The notes beneath the pieces were generated by a model. The model worked only from the letters and a program-made list of their open reading frames with translations, searched no databases and had not been told where the DNA came from. This document shows positions 58,170 to 64,000 of a stretch of 64,000 bases of DNA, piece after piece. Source of the DNA: Candidatus Kapaibacterium sp. (GTDB taxonomy: Bacteria; Bacteroidota; Ignavibacteria; Kapaibacteriales; WFXC01); assembly GCA_015490805.1 (NCBI GenBank), contig WFXC01000033.1:5347-69346 (forward strand). Reading direction: 5' to 3'. The translations under genes were made by a program, and so were the position numbers. The number at the start of each line of letters is the position of its first letter. The first letter of the stretch is position 1.

Positions 58170-59116
58170 GCAAACCGTTTGTATTCTTTGGAACTGCAAC
58201 AGCGCTGGTTACGCCGTTTACTGCCGATGGCGCTGTCGATTTTGAGGCGCTGGATCGCCTGCTGGATTACCAGCTGGAAGGTGGAATCGATGGGTTAGTA
58301 CCAACGGGATCGACGGGTGAAAGTGCAACCCTGTCAGTGAAAGAAAAACTCCGCATTTTCGAGCACGTGCTGCAGAAAGTCAACGGCAGAGTACCGGTGA
58401 TTGCCGGGACAGGGTCAAACAACACACAGGCAACCATCGAACTGACAAAGGAAGCAGCTCGACTGGGCGTCAACGCAGCACTGATCGTTTGCCCTTATTA
58501 CAATAAGCCGACGCAGGAAGGCATTATTGCTCACTACACAGCCATTGCGGAAGCAGTGGATCTGCCGATTATTCTCTACAACGTTCCGGGACGCACCGCT
58601 GTGAATATGACCGCTGAGACGCAGCTCCGGCTGGCAGAAGAGTGTGAGAACATCATCGGCACCAAAGAGGCTTCGGGCAATCTGGAACAAATGATGGAAA
58701 TTATCCGCTCCGCTCCCAGTGGATTTGTTGTTCTCTCTGGCGATGATGCGTTAACGCTTCCGCTGATCGCCGTCGGCGGCAAAGGTGTGATTTCCGTTAT
58801 CTCTAACTACGCTCCCAAAGCTTTCAGCGATATGGTGCGGTTTGCCCTGGAGGACGATTTCCACCGGGCTCGCACTATCCACTGCCATCTGCTGCCATTG
58901 ATGCGGTTAAATTTCATTGAATCCAATCCAATTCCGGTCAAAGCAGCACTGGCAATGATGGGATTGATTCAGGAACAGTATCGATTGCCGCTCACCCCGA
59001 TGAAGCCAGAAAATCGGCAGAAGCTCCAGCAAGCCCTCATTGCCGCAGGGTATCTACCGGCGGATACTCCGCAATCACCATCGCCTCCGCTACCGAGCGG
59101 TTGTGGGACAGACTAA
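58166..59116 (+). CDS. dapA: 4-hydroxy-tetrahydrodipicolinate synthase
   Basis: ALVTPF, GSTGES, PYYNKPTQ, YNVPGRT, KEASG, SGDD, ESNPIPVK. Confidence 0.96.
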   Translation: MSKPFVFFGTATALVTPFTADGAVDFEALDRLLDYQLEGGIDGLVPTGSTGESATLSVKEKLRIFEHVLQKVNGRVPVIAGTGSNNTQATIELTKEAARLGVNAALIVCPYYNKPTQEGIIAHYTAIAEAVDLPIILYNVPGRTAVNMTAETQLRLAEECENIIGTKEASGNLEQMMEIIRSAPSGFVVLSGDDALTLPLIAVGGKGVISVISNYAPKAFSDMVRFALEDDFHRARTIHCHLLPLMRLNFIESNPIPVKAALAMMGLIQEQYRLPLTPMKPENRQKLQQALIAAGYLPADTPQSPSPPLPSGCGTD

Positions 59117-59429
59117 CCGTATAGCGGAGATGTCCCCACCGCTGCTTCATTTTGCCATAGAGCACAATATACGGTTGCTCACCGGGGCGGCGCTCGATGG
59201 ACACTTCGCGCCAAATGAACTGGCGACGCCAGCCCGTCCCAATCGCTTTGCTGAATGCTTCTTTTGCCGCAAATCGGGCAGCAAAGTGTTCGTAGGGACT
59301 GCGCCACCACAGGCAATACCACTGCTCGGCCGGCGAGAAAATTCGATCTAAAAAGCGCTGTCCATACCGCTCAATGGCAGCAGCAATCCGATCGATCTCG
59401 ATAACATCGATCCCAACGCCGAAAATCAT
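59037..59429 (-). CDS. acpS: Holo-ACP synthase
   Basis: GVGIDVIEI.RI, AARFAAKEAFSKAIGTG, VSLSH. Confidence 0.93.
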   Translation of the reverse strand: MIFGVGIDVIEIDRIAAAIERYGQRFLDRIFSPAEQWYCLWWRSPYEHFAARFAAKEAFSKAIGTGWRRQFIWREVSIERRPGEQPYIVLYGKMKQRWGHLRYTVSLSHNRSVAEAMVIAEYPPVDTLRQ

Positions 59430-59441
59430 TCTGCACCGCTC

Positions 59442-60224
59442 CTATAAATTCCGGATCGTTTTCAACAGCTCCACCAGTGCCGGCAATGCTCTGGCAGCCG
59501 GAAGGCGAAGAATCAAATGAGCATATTCTGAGATCAGGCTCGGCTCTGGATTCACCTCAACAACCAGCGCGCCGTGCGTTCGTGCCAGCATCGGAATCTG
59601 CGCCGCAGGAAATACTTCCCCCGACGTACCAATGCTGAACAGAACATCTGCCTGCCGGGCTGCTGCCTCCGCAGTTGCAAAAGCACCTTCCGGGAGCATT
59701 TCCCCAAACCACACAACCGCCGGGCGGATCAGTCCACCACAGCGAGGACATCGCGGCACCTGCTTACTGCTCAAATCAATCTCCTCAGTGTATGGCGCTT
59801 TGCACTGGAAACAATAATTTTCCTCCAGATTTCCGTGTAATTCTACCACGTTCTGCGATCCTGCCCGGTGGTGTAACCGATCGACATTCTGGGTAACAAC
59901 CAGAAAATCCGCAAACAGCGCTTCCATCTCGACCAGCGCATAATGGGCGGGATTGGGCTGCACCTCGCTGAGCACTTTCCGACGATGCTGGTACCATTCC
60001 CACACCAATTCCGGGTTTGCCAAAAATCCCTCGACGCTGGCAAGCTCCTCAGGACGAAACTTTGTCCATAGTCCCTCCTTCCCACGGAACGTTGGAACGC
60101 CACTTTCTGCCGAAATGCCAGCCCCGGTAAATGCAACCGCCGATTCAGCTTCCCGGAATCGCTGCTGAACAAATGCCGGCAGATCGGCAATTGCTTCAAC
60201 GTCACTTATGACAAACGCTTCCAT
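59442..60224 (-). CDS. cobB: NAD-dependent protein deacylase (sirtuin)
   Basis: TGAGISAESGVPTFRG, WY..RR, TQNVD.LH, ELHG, CxxC...CxxC, RP.VVWFGE, GTS. Confidence 0.94.
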   Translation of the reverse strand: MEAFVISDVEAIADLPAFVQQRFREAESAVAFTGAGISAESGVPTFRGKEGLWTKFRPEELASVEGFLANPELVWEWYQHRRKVLSEVQPNPAHYALVEMEALFADFLVVTQNVDRLHHRAGSQNVVELHGNLEENYCFQCKAPYTEEIDLSSKQVPRCPRCGGLIRPAVVWFGEMLPEGAFATAEAAARQADVLFSIGTSGEVFPAAQIPMLARTHGALVVEVNPEPSLISEYAHLILRLPAARALPALVELLKTIRNL

Positions 60225-60456
60225 CCGCAATCAACAGGAGATCACACTCACAGGTTCGCTGCTCCGTAAAACTTTTTTCGCGCACATATTCAAAATCCTG
60301 CGTCAAATTGTATATCCCCAGGCGTTCCAGATCCGGAATAACAAACTGCATCTGGGCTAAAATCTGCGGAAGCTGCCTGCCAACCGGCTGCTCCGGATCT
60401 ATCTTCACTCGATAAATCTGCCCGCTAAAACCCTTGCACACAAATACTTCCATCAC
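60202..60456 (-). CDS. Small protein with ubiquitin-like (beta-grasp, YukD-like) pattern
   Basis: 84-aa ORF overlapping the cobB start; beta-beta-alpha-beta pattern ending SFTE...DLLLIADG. Confidence 0.5.
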   Translation of the reverse strand: MMEVFVCKGFSGQIYRVKIDPEQPVGRQLPQILAQMQFVIPDLERLGIYNLTQDFEYVREKSFTEQRTCECDLLLIADGSVCHK

Positions 60457-60814
60457 CTCGCTGTCAACGCTATCCTACAATCCTGCTAAAAGACGTGCTG
60501 TCAGGTCCTCCAGTGAAATTTTGGAAATATCACCAGCCTGGTGCTCTGGATATTCTGATGTCACATGCTTCCCGTCCTGCGATGAACGGTTGCTCTTTGC
60601 CTTTGCCAGCAAACCGCTGTTTCGGCTTTTCCTTCTGTAGCACGCACTCCTTAGCAGTTCCAGCATCATACCACACTTATCTTTGCTTTCCTCCTTTGGA
60701 ACAGGGTGGAGTGCGATTTATCAGGTTCTAATATGCAGCGGTATGATATGCCGAACGATCTTCTTGGGAATGGCGCACAATTCATCAGGTTTCCGTTTTT
60801 CTCCCGGTTTCTTG

Positions 60815-60822
60815 TAAATTTG
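60815..60822 (+). promoter_or_regulatory. Bacteroidota-type -7 element
   Basis: TAAATTTG ~40 nt upstream of the DUF4412-like gene. Confidence 0.55.
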
Positions 60823-60863
60823 CAAAACGTTCAACGGCATATTCACAAATGTGGAGCAATCCT

Positions 60864-61601
60864 ATGCGGCGATGGATCATCTGTGGCATTTTCTTATTTC
60901 TTTTCCTCCTCTCCGCCGGAGCAAAAGGAAAATTCTTTGAAGGGAAAGTAGTCTACGACATCACAACCGGCGATGAGCACTACGAACTGGCGGTGTTTAC
61001 CAAAGGATCACACCTTCGTCTGGATCTCAAAGATCTGAACACAAACCAGCGTTCGACGCTGATTTTCTCTGACGATGGCATTGCCGTCGTTGACCACAAG
61101 CAAAAACTGGCAATGCATCTTCCCGCTCTGCCACCGCAATTTCAACAGTTGCTCCAGCCTTCCAATCCCAAACTGTTCTATTTCCCGGATCTACCGGCCT
61201 CTTCGCTGGAAGTTCTGGAAAAAGGCGGAAAGGTTATTCGGCGTCTTCCGAATGGAGTTCGACTCAGCATTGATCAAGCTGGTATGAAAAGTGTCAGGGG
61301 TCGACAGTGTCAGCGCTGGATTTTCCAGAATCTGGACACAAAAGAGCGGGTCGAGGTGTGCCTGGCACGGGGACTGGGATCATTCTTTTTAACACCAGAT
61401 CTCACCCGGCAAATGCTCAAAGAGTTGAAAAATTCTCCGATCGCGCAACGCCTCTTCCCGCTGGAAATGGTGTACTACCGCAACAACCAGAAGGAAACCA
61501 CGATCATCGTGACAGACATTGACACGACACCTCCGCCGGCATCGGTGTTTCAAATTCCCCGGAGCTACCGCATCCAGCAACCGTATGGCGATGATCATTA
61601 A
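60864..61601 (+). CDS. Exported DUF4412-like protein
   Basis: Signal peptide, FEGKV.Y, G.K.V.G..C..W, FPL, F.IP.SY. Confidence 0.7.
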   Translation: MRRWIICGIFLFLFLLSAGAKGKFFEGKVVYDITTGDEHYELAVFTKGSHLRLDLKDLNTNQRSTLIFSDDGIAVVDHKQKLAMHLPALPPQFQQLLQPSNPKLFYFPDLPASSLEVLEKGGKVIRRLPNGVRLSIDQAGMKSVRGRQCQRWIFQNLDTKERVEVCLARGLGSFFLTPDLTRQMLKELKNSPIAQRLFPLEMVYYRNNQKETTIIVTDIDTTPPPASVFQIPRSYRIQQPYGDDH

Positions 61602-61633
61602 CTCTGCACGGTTTCATAAAAACAGCAAAGGCA

Positions 61634-62521
61634 ATGGAAACACAACAAACGGAGCATTCCAAACCTTTCATTGGAACACAGATCGAGTGCCTCAACGGCG
61701 GGTTTGTTCGCCTGGTTGACTATATGGGCAATGATGCTGCCATTGTTCAGGCGGCACGGGTTTCATATGGTGCGGGAACAAAACAGGTGCGACAGGATCG
61801 AGCGCTGATCCGCTATCTGATGCGTCACTGGCACACTTCCCCCTTCGAAATGGTAGAATTCAAATTCCACGTGAAACTCCCCATATTCGTTGCTCGCCAG
61901 TGGATTCGCCACCGAACGGCGAATGTCAACGAGTACAGCGGACGCTACTCGATCCTCCGCGAGGAGTTTTACCTCCCCGAACCGGAGCAGGTACGGTTTC
62001 AAAGTCCGACAAATAAGCAGGGACGGGCGGACCAATCCTTGCCCGCTGAGGAAGTTGCAGCGATTCTGGATGAAATTGTCGAGCAGCAAAAAGAGCTCTA
62101 CCAATCGTATCAACGCCTGCTGGAGAAAGGCGTTGCCCGCGAGCTGGCTCGCATTAATCTTCCCGTTTCGTTGTACACCGAGTGGTACTGGAAAATTGAC
62201 CTGCACAACCTATTCCACTTTCTGCAATTGCGGATGGATGTCCACGCGCAATATGAAATCCGGGTTTATGCCAACGCCATTGCAGAGATTATCAAACCGA
62301 TCGTTCCAATGGCGTGGGAAGCCTTTGAAGATTATCGCCTCAATGCCCGGTCTTTTTCCGCCAACGAACTGAAGCTCTTAAGCCAATGGCTGCCAGATCC
62401 GGACCAACTTTCAGAATCAGCAACAGCAGCGTTCAATCTGAGTAAACGAGAGGTGCAGGAACTCAAAGAGAAGATTGCTTTTGCAAAGTCCTTAGCGGCA
62501 CAGCTCACGCAACACCAATGA
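61634..62521 (+). CDS. thyX: FAD-dependent thymidylate synthase
   Basis: AARVSY, HTSPFE, ARQWIRHRTANVNEYSGRY (RHRx7S), ELARINLP, HAQYEIR. Confidence 0.97.
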   Translation: METQQTEHSKPFIGTQIECLNGGFVRLVDYMGNDAAIVQAARVSYGAGTKQVRQDRALIRYLMRHWHTSPFEMVEFKFHVKLPIFVARQWIRHRTANVNEYSGRYSILREEFYLPEPEQVRFQSPTNKQGRADQSLPAEEVAAILDEIVEQQKELYQSYQRLLEKGVARELARINLPVSLYTEWYWKIDLHNLFHFLQLRMDVHAQYEIRVYANAIAEIIKPIVPMAWEAFEDYRLNARSFSANELKLLSQWLPDPDQLSESATAAFNLSKREVQELKEKIAFAKSLAAQLTQHQ

Positions 62522-64000
62522 GCAAAACGCTCGTTCTGGATGGCAATTCCTTGACTGTTGAGCAATGCTACACCGCTGTGACACAGCGCTGGAGCGTGAA
62601 GCTATCACCACAGGCAGAGGAACGCGTTCGTCGGAGCCGCCGCATCGTGGAACAGTGGATCGATCAGGGGGAAACGATCTACGGCGTTACAACAGGATTT
62701 GGCGATCTGGCTACCCACCGGATTTCAGCAGCGCAGGTCGAAACGCTGCAACAGAATCTCATTCTCTCGCACAGTGCCGGGGTTGGCGACTGGATCCCGC
62801 CCAGCATTAGTCGCGCCATCCTGCTGCTTCGAATCAATGCATTAGCCAAGGGTGTTTCGGGTGTTCGGTTGGAGCTCTTACAGCAACTACTCTCGCTGCT
62901 CAATACCGGCTATGTCCCCGCTATTCCCGGCAAAGGATCCGTCGGCTCCAGCGGCGATTTAGCGCCGTTAGCCCATCTGGTCAGCGCTCTGCAGGGATAT
63001 GGCTGGATGTGGTCACCTGCCGATCAATTGCTGCCGGCACAGGAAGCACTGGCACAGCTTTCCTTTGTACCGCTTTCCCTCGCTGCCAAAGAAGGACTGG
63101 CGCTGATTAACGGAACGCAGATGATGAGCGCCTACGGGGTGTTTGCCGTAATGCACGGGAAACGACTCTGCCAACTGGCGGATCTTATTGGTGCACTGAG
63201 CGTGGACGCGCTCCGTGGCTCGGACACCCCCTTTGCTCCCTTTATCCACCAAATGCGCCCTCATCCGGGACAGCAACAATCCGCTACCAATCTCCGCACC
63301 CTTTTAGCCGGTAGCCAGATTCGCGAGTCTCACCGACAGGATGATCCACGAGTTCAGGATCCGTACTCGCTCCGCTGTATGCCACAGGTGCACGGAGCTG
63401 TACGCGATACTCTGGCATTCGCTGAATCCGTTCTGAACCGGGAAATCAATGCGGCAACGGACAACCCGTTAATCGATCCTGAAACGCAACAACACTTCGA
63501 AGGGGGAAATTTCCACGGCGAACCCATCGCTTTTATTCTGGACTACCTGGCAATTGCACTGGCAGAGCTGGGCAGTATCGCTGAGCGGCGCATTGCTCAG
63601 ATGATGATGGGTTATGGCGGCATCCCCAGATTTCTCACTGCTGCTGGCGGCTTAAATTCCGGGCTGATGATTGCGCAATACACTGCTGCAGCACTGGTTG
63701 GAGAAAACAAAATTTTTGCTCACCCTGCCAGCATCGATTCCATTCCCACCTCCGCAAATCAAGAAGATCACAACTCTTTTGGCAGCATTGCCGCCCACAA
63801 AGTGTGGCACATCGTGCAGAACCTCTACCGGATTTTTGCCATCGAACTGCTGTGCGCAACACAAGCGCTGGAATACCATCGCCCGCTGCGCAGCAGCCCG
63901 GCTTTAGAAGTGGTGTATGAAACTGTTCGGGAAATTGTTCCCCCCTATACCTCTGATCGCTACCTTGCCGACGACATTGCGAAGCTGGAGCAACTGCTGT
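62518..64000 (+). CDS. hutH: Histidine ammonia-lyase (3'-truncated by window edge)
   Basis: Not in ORF track. ATG 62518: IYGVTTGFG, NLILSHSAGVG, GSVGSSGDLAPLAH, KEGLALINGTQ, QDPYSLRC.PQVHG, GGNFHG, SANQEDHNS. Confidence 0.93.
   Translation, partial: MSKTLVLDGNSLTVEQCYTAVTQRWSVKLSPQAEERVRRSRRIVEQWIDQGETIYGVTTGFGDLATHRISAAQVETLQQNLILSHSAGVGDWIPPSISRAILLLRINALAKGVSGVRLELLQQLLSLLNTGYVPAIPGKGSVGSSGDLAPLAHLVSALQGYGWMWSPADQLLPAQEALAQLSFVPLSLAAKEGLALINGTQMMSAYGVFAVMHGKRLCQLADLIGALSVDALRGSDTPFAPFIHQMRPHPGQQQSATNLRTLLAGSQIRESHRQDDPRVQDPYSLRCMPQVHGAVRDTLAFAESVLNREINAATDNPLIDPETQQHFEGGNFHGEPIAFILDYLAIALAELGSIAERRIAQMMMGYGGIPRFLTAAGGLNSGLMIAQYTAAALVGENKIFAHPASIDSIPTSANQEDHNSFGSIAAHKVWHIVQNLYRIFAIELLCATQALEYHRPLRSSPALEVVYETVREIVPPYTSDRYLADDIAKLEQLL

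Noticed and set aside
60475-60669. 64-aa minus-strand ORF upstream of the ubiquitin-like gene (possible leader/RiPP precursor)
   Set aside because: No recognisable motif, AAGGAGG too far from the ATG, and no modifying enzymes nearby; cannot be supported.
1-64000. tRNA/rRNA genes, CRISPR arrays, IS elements, prophage
   Set aside because: No cloverleaf/T-loop in intergenic DNA, no regularly spaced repeats, no transposase/integrase/phage ORFs recognised by eye; a tRNAscan/Infernal/ISEScan run would be needed to exclude them formally.

Overview
A mostly housekeeping 64-kb chromosomal segment of an FCB-group bacterium. The lineage (Bacteroidota/Ignavibacteria/Kapabacteria-like) is inferred from recurrent TAnnTTTG -7 promoter boxes, several T9SS-type C-terminal domains, ileS-dksA linkage and a clade II nosZ. 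Left to right: partial secreted beta-propeller gene, sucC, phnDCE, DUF1800/DUF1501, a sigma28-preceded motB-fliW-csrA-response regulator operon, pstSCA (no pstB), ileS (GIHH motif), dksA, and a diheme cytochrome with a poly-acidic insert. Next is a ~12.5-kb respiratory/metal island, rrf2-cytc-nosZ-nosB-nosL-nosD-nosF-nosY. It runs straight into a Cys/HPP small ORF, a hairpin-rich leader, a YtkA-like lipoprotein and an OprC-like TonB receptor, and lies divergent from an SQR/FCSD-family oxidoreductase plus a DUF1641 gene. The right half has sppA, secreted BNR proteins, GT4, an NtrC-like regulator, lptF/G, pgsA-like, an SSS transporter, panC, acyl-CoA dehydrogenase, a solitary motif-eroded type IIG-like methyltransferase, folD, EEP nuclease, TPR protein, orphan HicB-like gene, an uncharacterised membrane protein/STAND-like ATPase pair, dapA, acpS, cobB, a small ubiquitin-like ORF, DUF4412, thyX and partial hutH. 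No tRNA, rRNA, CRISPR array or transposase was recognised. Best candidates for something new: a putative copper-sensing arrest-peptide switch coupling N2O-reductase expression to Cu uptake, and an Rrf2-controlled divergent nos/sulfide-oxidoreductase pair. All family assignments are by motif recognition, not database searches.
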